From an uncultured virus (IMG/VR IMGVR_UViG_3300024319_000010) (taxonomy: Duplodnaviria > Heunggongvirae > Uroviricota > Caudoviricetes > Crassvirales): a DNA stretch of 64,000 nt. The stretch lies in the IMG/VR virus record IMGVR_UViG_3300024319_000010; one strand, given 5' to 3'. The notes beneath the pieces are model-generated. The model was not told the origin of the DNA. It saw only the letters and a program-made list of their open reading frames with translations, and did no database searches. Made by a program: the position numbers and the translations under genes. Each line of letters starts with the position of its first letter. The stretch's first letter is position 1. Positions 28,709 to 39,800 of the stretch are shown here, one piece after another.

Positions 28709-29008
28709 TTATTTGCTTTGAATCTCACCTGTGTTTTTATCAATGCTAACGTCTCCGTATTTTTCTTTTAACTCACTTACAAGAACGTTTCGTTGATCTA
28801 TAATAGATTGAAACTTTTCTTTAAGCGATTCTTCGTTCTTTTCTACGTTTAATTTTACTAACTGTAAATCACCCAATTGATAAGTAACATCTTGAATTTG
28901 TCTTTCAGCATCTTGAATGCCTTGCAATTCTTCTTGTGTAACTTTGTTGTTGTCTTCTATTGGTTGTACATCTTGTACAAGCTCAACTTCTTTTGCTTTC
29001 TTAGCCAT
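28709..29008 (-). CDS. Coiled-coil protein (99 aa)
   Basis: Long heptad helix ending KYGDVSIDKNTGEI. Confidence 0.6.
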   Translation of the reverse strand: MAKKAKEVELVQDVQPIEDNNKVTQEELQGIQDAERQIQDVTYQLGDLQLVKLNVEKNEESLKEKFQSIIDQRNVLVSELKEKYGDVSIDKNTGEIQSK

Positions 29009-29106
29009 GCTTTGAAATTAAATTATTGTTATTACTTACAAAAATGCGAAAAATTTCTTTACCCACCAAAATATCTTCTAACAATCGGCTTGAATACCTC
29101 TTAAAA

Positions 29107-31098
29107 TTAGACACTCATATTTAAAGAAGCAAATCCATTAGTTGTTCCCATAGCATTTCCTGTAACATTCTTACCCCATTTTGTAGTACTATAACTTGTC
29201 CAAGTACTAGATGCTCCATAACTAGTTCCGTTTATAACTAAATTACTAAAAGAAGGTTTTGTTGTTGTAAAAGAAATAAACAAAGTATCAGCACTACCTG
29301 TGTCTTGCCAATATAATTCTGCTATAGTTTTTGAATTAAATATATAAGAAGTCATAGATCCCATCGTTGGAAAATATGAAGCACTTGATCCGTATCCATA
29401 CGCATAAGTAGAATAAATATTATCAGACCCAACATTTATAGTTGCGCTAAAATCAAAACTTGCAGGAACAGTAAAAGAAGATATGTTAGTACTATACACT
29501 ATACCTCCGTTATTTTTTTGCTCAAACCAACCTCTTAGTTTATAAGTATTATTAGCAAGTAAAGAAACTTGATTTTCATTTATAGTTTGTGTTTTGGTGC
29601 CTGGATAAATAGAACCTGAGTACACAGCTAGTTGATTACCAGTACCAGCTGTTGGAGTGCCTGTATAATTAGCAAGACTAGGAGTAGAGCTATACCCCTG
29701 GTTACAGTATACCCAACCCATAGAATCTAAACCAGCATTATTCACTATTGCTTTTTGATACGTGTTTGTACCTCCTGTTGCTGTAACGTATGTACCCAGT
29801 GTTGATAGGTTATTAGGAGATAAGCCATATACAAAACCTCTGCTTGTTATAGTACTACTACTAGCAACGTTTCCATTAGCAGTCCATTTACTGGCTAAAA
29901 CCGTTTCAGTACTTCCAAAAGATGTTCCGGCTGAGTTTGTAGCCCAAGGTTTCCAATAGTTAGCTGTATTATTATTAACATCAGACACAACAAACGATGC
30001 ATCAAATCTAGTTTCAGAAGGGCTACTAGCAGAAACAGTACCTGTTGGTGAAGCATCTATGTTAGTACTGTGTAATGTTATATCTGTAAATACAGGAAAT
30101 CCATCTGATATATCAAGACATATATCTTCTATAAAATCTACAATGTCACCTGGATCCCCACTAAAATTAGTCAAGCCTCCAGTATTCGTTGCATAGGCGT
30201 TGTATATATTATGTATACTTGTAGACCCATCAGAACTGCTATAATTACTTATTGTTCCTAAAACAGATATAGTACATACATTAGCAACCGCCTGATTAGT
30301 CAAAGTACCCATTTTAGCAGTTTCTTCAGCCCCCTGAAATTGATCATCTCCATCCCCATCCGGAGCGTTGTCTGTTATAAGTATAATCATTCTAGTTACT
30401 CCTGATCTAAAACTTCCTGCTAGACTATGGTTTAATACTCTGTCAATTGCAGTGTCATTTGGTTCTGGAGCGTTATTACCTGATCCTAATAGCATACTTG
30501 TAGAACTGTTAGTAGTTCCATCTAAATACCCTATTTTTGTATCAAAATCTGTTTTATTTGCGCTTGCAAAAGGAACTAGAGCAGATAACCACACTTCTCC
30601 TGAATTATATTTGTTTGCAGAAGCTAAGTTAGAAACAGCAGTATTATTACCCGTCCAATACGAAGGAGTACCATTATCCTCTCCTCCAGTTTGATCAATC
30701 AAAACTGCTGCTAACCTGTAATCACCACCAGACTCTGAAACAACTTTATTTGATATAGAAGCTACGTTAGTTTTTAAAGTTTGCATATCATCGCCCATAC
30801 TTCCAGTATAGTCTAATAAAAAAACAACATCCATTGCTTTACTACAAGGTATAGCCTGAAAATCATGATCATAAGCATAGAACTCACCCATACTAAAAGT
30901 AGCTACATTATCAGGGTGATTTGGACTCTGTTGATTTGTAACATCATAATCCTCACTCTGACCATACTGATCACCTCCTTGTGTAATATCTCTTAGACTG
31001 TATGGTCCAGATCCATCATCACCGTCATTGTAATCATTGCTAAGTTTTTCATTAGCTATAGAAAATAAACTTAAACTTCCGCTTCCAGGTACCGCCAT
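29107..31098 (-). CDS. Putative fibre-tip adhesin with vWA and FN3-like domains
   Basis: MAVPGSGSLSL N-terminus; DVVFLLDYTGSM and IILITD (vWA/MIDAS); WATNSAGTSFG and ITSRGFVYG (FN3-like). Confidence 0.7.
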   Translation of the reverse strand: MAVPGSGSLSLFSIANEKLSNDYNDGDDGSGPYSLRDITQGGDQYGQSEDYDVTNQQSPNHPDNVATFSMGEFYAYDHDFQAIPCSKAMDVVFLLDYTGSMGDDMQTLKTNVASISNKVVSESGGDYRLAAVLIDQTGGEDNGTPSYWTGNNTAVSNLASANKYNSGEVWLSALVPFASANKTDFDTKIGYLDGTTNSSTSMLLGSGNNAPEPNDTAIDRVLNHSLAGSFRSGVTRMIILITDNAPDGDGDDQFQGAEETAKMGTLTNQAVANVCTISVLGTISNYSSSDGSTSIHNIYNAYATNTGGLTNFSGDPGDIVDFIEDICLDISDGFPVFTDITLHSTNIDASPTGTVSASSPSETRFDASFVVSDVNNNTANYWKPWATNSAGTSFGSTETVLASKWTANGNVASSSTITSRGFVYGLSPNNLSTLGTYVTATGGTNTYQKAIVNNAGLDSMGWVYCNQGYSSTPSLANYTGTPTAGTGNQLAVYSGSIYPGTKTQTINENQVSLLANNTYKLRGWFEQKNNGGIVYSTNISSFTVPASFDFSATINVGSDNIYSTYAYGYGSSASYFPTMGSMTSYIFNSKTIAELYWQDTGSADTLFISFTTTKPSFSNLVINGTSYGASSTWTSYSTTKWGKNVTGNAMGTTNGFASLNMSV

Positions 31099-31099
31099 A

Positions 31100-31414
31100 T
31101 TATTCCCAAGGTTTTTCCATACCTACATTCGTAGGTACTTTCATATTATTTATAAATTCCTCTAAATGATTTTTATGATTTTGAAGTACAGGGTGAGATT
31201 CAATCCATCCTAAAACCATTTCTTCTGTTACATCCTCAAAAGCAGTAAAAGCGTTTTCATTTAAAGTAACACCTAAATGTCCTATACTGTTATGCGTATA
31301 TTCACCATCTACAGCTACTACTTCAAATTCTACTTCAGTTATAACATCAGATAATTCTCCTAATGTTGGTGCTCCTTTTAATTGCAGGATGTTTGTATTA
31401 TAAGTTATTGCCAT
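31100..31414 (-). CDS. Putative tail-fibre assembly protein (104 aa, acidic)
   Basis: F.AFEDVTEE.VLGWI...KPW pattern; lies directly after the S74 fibre gene. Confidence 0.5.
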   Translation of the reverse strand: MAITYNTNILQLKGAPTLGELSDVITEVEFEVVAVDGEYTHNSIGHLGVTLNENAFTAFEDVTEEMVLGWIESHPVLQNHKNHLEEFINNMKVPTNVGMEKPWE

Positions 31415-31419
31415 TTTTA

Positions 31420-32766
31420 TTAATTTTTACAGTTACAGTTACAAGCTGTCTTATTACAAGCAGCCATTTGTGATTTAAGTTCGTCTATTTGTTTTTGTTG
31501 TTCTTTAATTGCTTCTATCAAGTATCCAGTTAAGTTACCATAAGCAACTCCTAATGTACCATCGTCATCGCTAACAAGTTCAGGAGCTACCTTTTGCATT
31601 TCTTGCGCTATTACACCAGAGCTTGATACACCTGTGTCTTTTCTATCAAAGCTAACGCCTCTCATTTTTAATACTTTGTTACCGTCTAATGTTTTAACAT
31701 TTTCTTTTAATCTAGCATCTGAGTAGGCTATAACATCTGCGCTAGCTGTAACAGATCCTAAAAAGTTTCCTGGTCCAGAATGAAAATCTTTCCATCTGTA
31801 AGAAGATGTACCTAGTCTAGTGTTATTTGCTAAAGTTGTAGAGTTAGGTATAAGAGCAGTAGGACAGTTAACGTGGATATGATTATTATCTCCACTTGCA
31901 GAAATAGTACAATTACCCAATTGAATATAGCCAGTACCAAGCACTTGAAATCTACTACTAGTACCGGCAGTAATGTGGGCAGGAAAAACCCAATGACCAT
32001 CTTTGCTTTTTGTAGTTGAGTTAAAATCATTACTAGCGCTCTTCCTAGTATAAAGTATTAACTTACCTCCTCTAGTATCAGCACCTCCAGCCTGTGTTGT
32101 ACCTCTTATTATAACTGCTCTATCATCAGTACCATTAGTATGAGTAGTTTGCCATTTTATATCTCCTAGTATTTGAGAATCACCATTTGTATTTCTTCTA
32201 AAGTCTAAATTTCCAGGAACGCTATCAGAATGATATAAATTCAAAGTTCCCTTTATAGTAGCTAAAGTATTTTGTAATTGTAAAATAAGAACACCACCTA
32301 CGTGATGTTGCATAACATCAGCCGAGCTTTCAGTTATGTATGTATTACTTTGACCATCAAGGTAAAGTTTTCTAGCTGCTGCAATTGCAAAATCAGTACC
32401 AGAAAGAGAAGCTACATCACTACCAATTCTAAATCTAGTTGCACCATTTGCAATGAACTTTAATTCACCAGTACCATTGTCACTTATGTAACTATGTGTA
32501 CCATCGTGATATAATTCTAAATCTTGAGCATTACCTAGTTGTATTTTATCATTATCAGCTAATTGAATATTACCATCAATAGTTACTGTACCATCTGAGT
32601 TTACATTAAATATTGGAATACCAGAAATATCTGAGACAGAAAATATATCTCCTGTTAGATTATCTGTTACAGAGAATACTTGCCCAACGCTTCCTTGAAC
32701 GTCTAAGAGTGTACCTCCTGACCCACTTACTATGAGTCCTTTTTTTATTTTAAATTCATTTGCCAT
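31420..32766 (-). CDS. Tail fibre with a C-terminal peptidase S74 intramolecular chaperone
   Basis: YSDARLKENV, GVIAQE, V.YGNL..LIEAIKEQQ motifs. Confidence 0.85.
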   Translation of the reverse strand: MANEFKIKKGLIVSGSGGTLLDVQGSVGQVFSVTDNLTGDIFSVSDISGIPIFNVNSDGTVTIDGNIQLADNDKIQLGNAQDLELYHDGTHSYISDNGTGELKFIANGATRFRIGSDVASLSGTDFAIAAARKLYLDGQSNTYITESSADVMQHHVGGVLILQLQNTLATIKGTLNLYHSDSVPGNLDFRRNTNGDSQILGDIKWQTTHTNGTDDRAVIIRGTTQAGGADTRGGKLILYTRKSASNDFNSTTKSKDGHWVFPAHITAGTSSRFQVLGTGYIQLGNCTISASGDNNHIHVNCPTALIPNSTTLANNTRLGTSSYRWKDFHSGPGNFLGSVTASADVIAYSDARLKENVKTLDGNKVLKMRGVSFDRKDTGVSSSGVIAQEMQKVAPELVSDDDGTLGVAYGNLTGYLIEAIKEQQKQIDELKSQMAACNKTACNCNCKN

Positions 32767-32787
32767 AATTACCTTTCATTTTCCAGG

Positions 32788-34071
32788 TTAAATATTAAAT
32801 CTATTTTTGTATGCGTTATAATTTTGTTTTACTTCTGCATCAGAAAGTGCTTTGTTGTATACTTTACTAATAGCAACTTTACCTCCAATAGTATTAGAAT
32901 TATTATCTCTTTTCATAAATCTCATGTTATCTCTTGATCCACCAGAATCTATATTTCCTATAGTAGAACCTGTAACTGTATCATGTAGAGATCCGTTTCT
33001 GTAAAATTTTATAGTATTTACACCATCATAAACACCAACATCATGATACCAAGTATTTGTTGAGGGATAACCCATGTCATCTATAGTTAAAGATTGCGAA
33101 CCATTACTAACTTGAAAATACCAACCACCAGCTCCTCCTTGACCTATTAATGCTCCATTGTAAGGGCTGCTTGATTTTCTTTCAAACATTCCACCTCTAC
33201 CTCCAGTAGTGCTAATTTGGTACAAAAACTCCATTGTAAAAGCGCCTATTGTAGGTAAAAATTTAGCATTCAATTGTAAATAATCATTTGTACCATCAAA
33301 AACAGGTTGTCCAATTGAATCAAAACTAAGAGTTGATACATCTATATTTGTTGTAGATTTTAAATCTATTAAGCTTTGAGTATTTGATCTAGTTCCAGAT
33401 GTGTAATTTATAGGACCTGTTGGTACTGTCGCATGCTCTGTTATAACAAAGTTTGTAAATATACCTTCACCTGTAACAGTTCTATCGTTATAGATATACA
33501 TGCTAGATATAGATGACGGTGTTTTAGAGCTATTAACTTGAACGTATAGCCCTATTTTTCTCCATTTACCTATATAAGCACTGTTGTTATTCCAGTCGTC
33601 TCCAGCATTACCAGCTAATGATGTGTTCCAACCAATACCTTGGCTAGTACCGTCTGTATATGCAATGCCCATATAACCGTTTAGACCTGTACTCGAACTA
33701 GAGTGTCTAACGTACGGGGTTATCATGTAGAAATCAAAACTAACTAACACATACTCTGTGCTTGAACTAAGGGCAGCCGTATTAAAATTTTTATATAGAC
33801 CAGCGTTGTTGTTGAACGCACTAGTATTTGCTGTTGCGGGATTACTTACAAAGTTTCTTTGAAAAACCCCAGAATCAGAGTTTAAGCCGTAATAATTGTC
33901 TCTGTATAAAGTTTCACCACCGGAACCAAAGTAGCCCGGTAAACCAGATGTTATTAAGTTAGTAGCGGGTTCACCTTTATAATGTCTAGTACTTGAATGT
34001 TGGTCTAAGCCGTATCCAGTGTCGTATCCAAACACCAACTGGTCGTTATGTAATTTAGGTCCTGTATACAT
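32788..34071 (-). CDS. LamG/concanavalin-like lectin-domain virion protein (paralog 3)
   Basis: FDGTND, W.H.VGVYDG...Y.NG and YNKALS..EV.QNY motifs. Confidence 0.75.
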   Translation of the reverse strand: MYTGPKLHNDQLVFGYDTGYGLDQHSSTRHYKGEPATNLITSGLPGYFGSGGETLYRDNYYGLNSDSGVFQRNFVSNPATANTSAFNNNAGLYKNFNTAALSSSTEYVLVSFDFYMITPYVRHSSSSTGLNGYMGIAYTDGTSQGIGWNTSLAGNAGDDWNNNSAYIGKWRKIGLYVQVNSSKTPSSISSMYIYNDRTVTGEGIFTNFVITEHATVPTGPINYTSGTRSNTQSLIDLKSTTNIDVSTLSFDSIGQPVFDGTNDYLQLNAKFLPTIGAFTMEFLYQISTTGGRGGMFERKSSSPYNGALIGQGGAGGWYFQVSNGSQSLTIDDMGYPSTNTWYHDVGVYDGVNTIKFYRNGSLHDTVTGSTIGNIDSGGSRDNMRFMKRDNNSNTIGGKVAISKVYNKALSDAEVKQNYNAYKNRFNI

Positions 34072-35306
34072 TATAAATTAAATCTTTTTTTATATGATTG
34101 ATAATTCTGTTTTATTTCACTAGCAGTTAACCCCCTATTATGCATCTTAAAAACAGGCACCTCTCCTGCTAAATAATAATTTGGATATGTGCGTCCTATA
34201 TGTAAATAAGCAGTTTTAGATGAGTCAATTCTATTCCAACGAAAATTAGGTGTATAACTTTTTTCTAGCTCTCCATTTACATATACCGAAACATGATTAA
34301 AACCAACTACTGTAACAACATGCTGATTAACATTTGAAACAAAAGGCACAGATCCTGAAAAAGTAGTGCCTTGCTCTCCAGCCGTAGCGTCTTCAACTCT
34401 AAAGTAAACAGCATTGTTTATATTGTAGTGCCACCAAAAACCGTCTTTATCAGAATTAGTTGTATGATCTGTTAGTATAGCCCAAGGACCTGCGGAATTA
34501 ACACTTGCATTTACAATTCCCTCAATAGTTATAGTATTAGCATTTCTAACTATGCTATCCACATCTACAACTATCTGGTCATCAGAGGCGTCAAAATTCA
34601 TTTGACCAGAACTATCAAAAGACGTATTAGATACATCTATATCTTTTGTTCTTCTTAGGTCTATAAGAGATTCTGTAGATGATCTTGTACCTAATACATA
34701 TGGAGTTACATGAGTATTAATTTCTAGCTTTGCTCCACCAATAGCCCAAAAACCAGTATGACTACCATCTGTTACACCGCTTCTAGATGGGTAAGCTATT
34801 ATAGCGTTACCACTAACAGCAGAAGACGAATTACATGTAATTGATAATTGTTGCCAAGTTCCTTTGTTATTAAGATCATACCATCTATTTGTAGTATTTG
34901 TTAATGTAGTTCCTTCCATACTTTGATGTAAAGCACCAATGTTAGAATCGGGACTTACGTATACCCAGCAACTCAAAGTGTAAGATGTGTTAGCTAAATA
35001 ACTATAAGCTATCAAAGTATACCCATAAGAGTTTCCGCTCCAAGTAGAATTTAAAGATCCTGATGTATGACTATACACTCTACCAACATCTTCAGGTGGT
35101 TTTGGAAAACTAGCTGTCCAGGCAGATGTATTGTACTCTGTTCTGTTTGGTCTTGCGTTAGCGTTGCTTATATCTCCAAATAAATTGACTGCAGGCTCTC
35201 CCGGGTAGAATCTAGCAGCAGTATTATTATTAGCCACACCAAAATTAGTGTCGTATCCAAATACTACACTATCTTCAATTAAATTACCGCCTACTTCTGT
35301 TGCCAT
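34071..35306 (-). CDS. LamG/concanavalin-like lectin-domain virion protein (paralog 2)
   Basis: YTLSCWVY (CBM-like), FDASDD, VYVNG and HNRGLT..EI.QNY motifs. Confidence 0.75.
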   Translation of the reverse strand: MATEVGGNLIEDSVVFGYDTNFGVANNNTAARFYPGEPAVNLFGDISNANARPNRTEYNTSAWTASFPKPPEDVGRVYSHTSGSLNSTWSGNSYGYTLIAYSYLANTSYTLSCWVYVSPDSNIGALHQSMEGTTLTNTTNRWYDLNNKGTWQQLSITCNSSSAVSGNAIIAYPSRSGVTDGSHTGFWAIGGAKLEINTHVTPYVLGTRSSTESLIDLRRTKDIDVSNTSFDSSGQMNFDASDDQIVVDVDSIVRNANTITIEGIVNASVNSAGPWAILTDHTTNSDKDGFWWHYNINNAVYFRVEDATAGEQGTTFSGSVPFVSNVNQHVVTVVGFNHVSVYVNGELEKSYTPNFRWNRIDSSKTAYLHIGRTYPNYYLAGEVPVFKMHNRGLTASEIKQNYQSYKKRFNL

Positions 35307-35307
35307 G

Positions 35308-35637
35308 TTATTCTTCTAGTTGTTCAGTCCATTGATCTGTTGCTAGCAGTTCTAGTATTTCAGAATGATTATATTCTGTGTAATCATCATTATATATATC
35401 TGGTCTGCCGTAAACTCCAGCTTCTATAGTATTAGTCATTTCTTGGTTTGTATCAACATCCCAAAAAGTTTCTGTATGAGTTTCTTCTATTACATTAACT
35501 TCATATTTAACAAAAGTCAAAGTCTCATCTACTGATATTCTTAAAGACTCTTTGCTTGGTTCTAAAACCTGATTAAAGTCTATGTCGTCTATTATACTTG
35601 TTGGTATTACCAACCACCTTCTATTTTCGAATCTCAT
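35308..35637 (-). CDS. Acidic hypothetical protein in the fibre module (109 aa)
   Basis: ORF track; tight packing between the LamG paralogs. Confidence 0.6.
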   Translation of the reverse strand: MRFENRRWLVIPTSIIDDIDFNQVLEPSKESLRISVDETLTFVKYEVNVIEETHTETFWDVDTNQEMTNTIEAGVYGRPDIYNDDYTEYNHSEILELLATDQWTEQLEE

Positions 35638-35641
35638 AATT

Positions 35642-36871
35642 TTATATATTAAATCTATTTTTTATTGCATTAAAATTTTGTTTTACTTCTGTAGCTGTTA
35701 GAGCTCGGTTATAATACTTAGCTATAGGTATTTCTCCTTCAAACCAAGAACCAACATTTCCACCAAATGCTCTCTGCCCACCTATATATAAATTTGTAGT
35801 ATCAGGTGCTCCTGAAAAAGAGGTTGTCGAATTAGATACAGATACTCCATTTTTATATAAAACCAAACCAGACCCTCCTTGAAAAACAGCTGTTATATGA
35901 TGATAAGTATCTCTTGCAAGTCCAGCAGTAGCAGGGTAAGTGCCTGTACTAGCATCTCTTATTTGGAATCCTATATTAGTTGTTCCAGATTTATAAAATC
36001 CGTATTGTCCTGCATAACTACCTCCAATTGAAAATATATTACTACTATACGAATTTGCCCAAGTGGCTCCTGTAGGAACCATAAATACACATTCCATTGT
36101 AAAAGGATGAGAATAATCTGTTATCCCTATTCCTGATACACTTATTCTATCATCCGTACCGTCAAATGTAGGCTGCCCAGTTGAGTTAAAAGATACATTA
36201 GACACATCTATGTTGGTAGTCTTCTTTAAGTCTATTAGAGAAGCTGTATTAGATCTTGTACTATCTACAAAAGGAACTGGTATTCCTTCATTAACCATAA
36301 AATTATCAAATAAATATTCAAAATCTACATTATTGTTTGTATTTAAATTTGTTCTATAAAAGTTATATCCAGTATAAGTTGACGTATATGTTCTCGTCAA
36401 TCTTTTCCATCCGTCTTCTAAATCAACTATAGTATCGGTAAGACTAGTTGCAGCACTTCCAGAATCAGGAGTCTTATATCCATTTTTATAAATGGCGCTA
36501 GGAGAAAAAGAGGAATTAGTTCCCCTTATTTTTTTATAATCAAACGAGTACGTATATACATTTCCTGATGTATTTATAATACTACTTTGTTGGTTTACCA
36601 TATAGTATCCCGAAGTGTTAGTAGAGTATATTCTAAATACATTTTTTCTATTACCGTAAGAAATTATTTCAGTTGTTACTGATGCACCGTGACTACCAAC
36701 AGAAGGATTGATTACGGCGTTTGCTCTATCTGCTCCCCCGTTTATAGAATTAGATATAGGCTTACCAGGATAAAATCTTGTAGCGGTAGTATTATCTGAT
36801 ACTCCGTACCCAGTATCATACCCAAATACTAAATTTTCTTTTATTAAATTAGGTCCTCTGTGTATTCCCAT
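35642..36871 (-). CDS. LamG/concanavalin-like lectin-domain virion protein (paralog 1)
   Basis: FDGTDD, YHHI, LYKNG and YNRALT..EV.QNF motifs. Confidence 0.75.
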   Translation of the reverse strand: MGIHRGPNLIKENLVFGYDTGYGVSDNTTATRFYPGKPISNSINGGADRANAVINPSVGSHGASVTTEIISYGNRKNVFRIYSTNTSGYYMVNQQSSIINTSGNVYTYSFDYKKIRGTNSSFSPSAIYKNGYKTPDSGSAATSLTDTIVDLEDGWKRLTRTYTSTYTGYNFYRTNLNTNNNVDFEYLFDNFMVNEGIPVPFVDSTRSNTASLIDLKKTTNIDVSNVSFNSTGQPTFDGTDDRISVSGIGITDYSHPFTMECVFMVPTGATWANSYSSNIFSIGGSYAGQYGFYKSGTTNIGFQIRDASTGTYPATAGLARDTYHHITAVFQGGSGLVLYKNGVSVSNSTTSFSGAPDTTNLYIGGQRAFGGNVGSWFEGEIPIAKYYNRALTATEVKQNFNAIKNRFNI

Positions 36872-36872
36872 A

Positions 36873-39800
36873 TTATAATGCTCTTATTAATGATTTAACA
36901 ATCCAGTCATTTGAAGTTGTTGTAGCTTGCAACTGCAGGTAGGTTGATGCTATAACTACGTTTAATGTAACATCTGACGTGTCACCTAAGTCATTGGTCG
37001 ATGTTTCTGTAAACTCCACGTTTGTTCCATCGTGGCAAGCATATACTGTACCTGATCTTACGTTAGTGCCTTTTTTAATTACAAAGTCAAAAAATGCTGC
37101 GGTATACGTTGCTAAAACTACACTGGCTATTGCTTCAGTTCCTGTGTCTACATTTGTATTTTCTTGGTTTGAAAGTAAAGCATTGTCAACTTTTATATTA
37201 CCATTAACATCAAGTTTCTCTGAAGGACTATTTGTACCAATACCGACCCTATTTGTACTAGCGTCAATTCTCATTACCTCAACTCTAGGGTACGTTGATA
37301 ATTCTGCTTCAGTAAAATTCTGATTTGAATCTGTATTTGTTGAAGATCCGTATCCGAAGACAATATCGGAGCCTCCTCCACCAGCAGTATCATTTACATC
37401 AGATACTATCTTTACCTCACCATCTGCTTGTAATCCTAAATTAGCACCAGAGTGTACAAAGTTGTTTGTATTATTAGGTCCCATATATATGTTACCTTCT
37501 ATATGTAGCTTTTGTTGAGGACTACTTGTTCCGATACCTATATGACCGTTGCTATTAATCATCATACGGGTCTTAGAGCCTACTGCATAGGAATCAGTAG
37601 TAGCAAGATACATTTTAGTACCGTACGTCCCGTCTGATCTTGTGTATATACCTGCATCTGCTACTGAACCATTGCTATGATCACTAGCTCCAAATGTTAT
37701 GGCATTACCAGTATGTGCTACACCATTACCTGCAGGGTCAAGATGTATCGCTCCTCTAGTTGTACCTGGTGTTGTTTCATTCCAGTTAACACCTTGGCTT
37801 TCTATATATACTTTACCCGCAACTTGTAATTTCTCACTAGGACTAACCTGCCCAATACCTACTCTTTGATTTGCTCCATCAAAAGTAACTAAAGGAGTTG
37901 CAACAGCAGCGGGGTCACCAACAGCAATTTGCATTCCTTGATTAATCGGAGACATAATAGCGTAGTTTTCACCTCCTCCAACTAAGGATATATCTCCTTG
38001 AACATCTAATGTGTAATCAGGACTATCAGTATTAATTCCGACTTTACCGTCGTGATCAATCCTTAAAGCCTCATCTAATGTTTCATCATTTTGTGTAATA
38101 AAAAATCCTAAACCTGTACTTGAATCTCCATCAGAAGAGCTTTCTCTAATAGCAGCAATACTTGCTCCTACTAAACTATCACCTGGGGTTGTTGCTGCAT
38201 TACCAGCTATTCTAAATTTAACACCTACACCTTCGCCTCCTTGTTGATCAATTGAATTACCATCATCTCTTGATGAAATAGTATACGGATAATCTATGGT
38301 AGAAGCCGCTGATAATTGTTGACTAATTTCTAATAAAGATGTAGCAGAAGTTGTTCCAATACCAACATTAGCAGAATTATCAGTATCAACACTCATACTG
38401 TTAAGTATTATTCTTTCATTCCAAGTGTCATCATCTCCTGTAGGAGAAGTCTCTGGCGTATCACTATACCAAGTTCCCTCAATGCCTGAGCCTACAAGTG
38501 TATAGTAAGGGGTTTGATAATTACTTATTAATTTATGCCATATTGTCCAAGACCCTGATGCAGCAGATGTTACAGAAAGATTAATTTTAAAATTCTCAGC
38601 TAATAAAGCTTCTGATCCATAATTAACTATATTAGCATATACACGGTATACCCCGTTTTGCATTTTATAGTTAATATGCACATCTGCATTTATATTGTTA
38701 TTAGCTGTATTTCCACCTGCTAAAACTTTTAAAGTAAATGCGGAAAAAGAAAACGTACTCCAATTGTGAGAGTATACTTTTTGCCAATTATTAGTATGAG
38801 TAGTTGCTGTATAAGTACCTTGATGACTAAAAAATCCCTCAGCTTTAACAGTTTCGTTTACATATAATTGACCAGTAAGTGTACCTCCGCCTATAGGTAA
38901 ATATAAACCAGCATGATCACCATGATCAGTAGGAATTGTAGGAGTACTAGTAAAGTTATTATAGTTTAAATAATAAGTTCCTTGTTGACCATCTAACTTA
39001 TCAGAGTCTAAACCATTACCCGACCCTTGTTGTGTTATTTGTGCAGGGTGTATCATTCCTGTACCTTCAGTTCCTTCCCACTGTGAAGAAGAAAAAGTAA
39101 TACCAGTAAGATGAAATCTACCTGTTCTATTTTTAAATTTTATTTTTCCAAAACTACTTAAACTTGTACCTGCAAAAGTTATAGTAGAGCCATCATGTTG
39201 ACCCGCTCCTTCGTCACTGTTTTGGACTGTTTGATGTGTGTTTATTCTTCTTAAGAAAACTTCATCACCATCTGATTGAACACCTAATACATCAACATAA
39301 CCACCACTACTCCAAGTCAAATGTGAAATCCAACAAGACTCTGCACCAGTAGGAACGTCATATGTTCTTGAACCTGTTCCATCATTATAAGCATAGCCTC
39401 CTGTAACATTAGGTTCACCCCATGCAGCGCCTGTTCCTTCAGCCCATGTTCCTGTTTCTGAGTCAAAATCGTCATTAACATCTAAAACAAATTCTCCATT
39501 TATTCTTTTTAATAGATTGCCTTGCGTCCCATCAACAGTATCAGCGTCTAATCCTGATCCTGAACCATCATTTGCTGAGTTCCAGATTTTAGTATCTGAC
39601 CCTAAATAAGTAGTGTCGTAAGTTTCATTAGTGTAAGTTATATTTGTAATAGTTGGAGTTTCATAAATTACAGTTATACCTGCACCTGAAGTTGGATTAG
39701 TATGTAATATTGGGTGACCTAATGCGTCAATTACTACCTTAACAGACTTGTAATGAGAAACTTCAACATATATATCAGTATAGAAAACACTTTGACTAGA

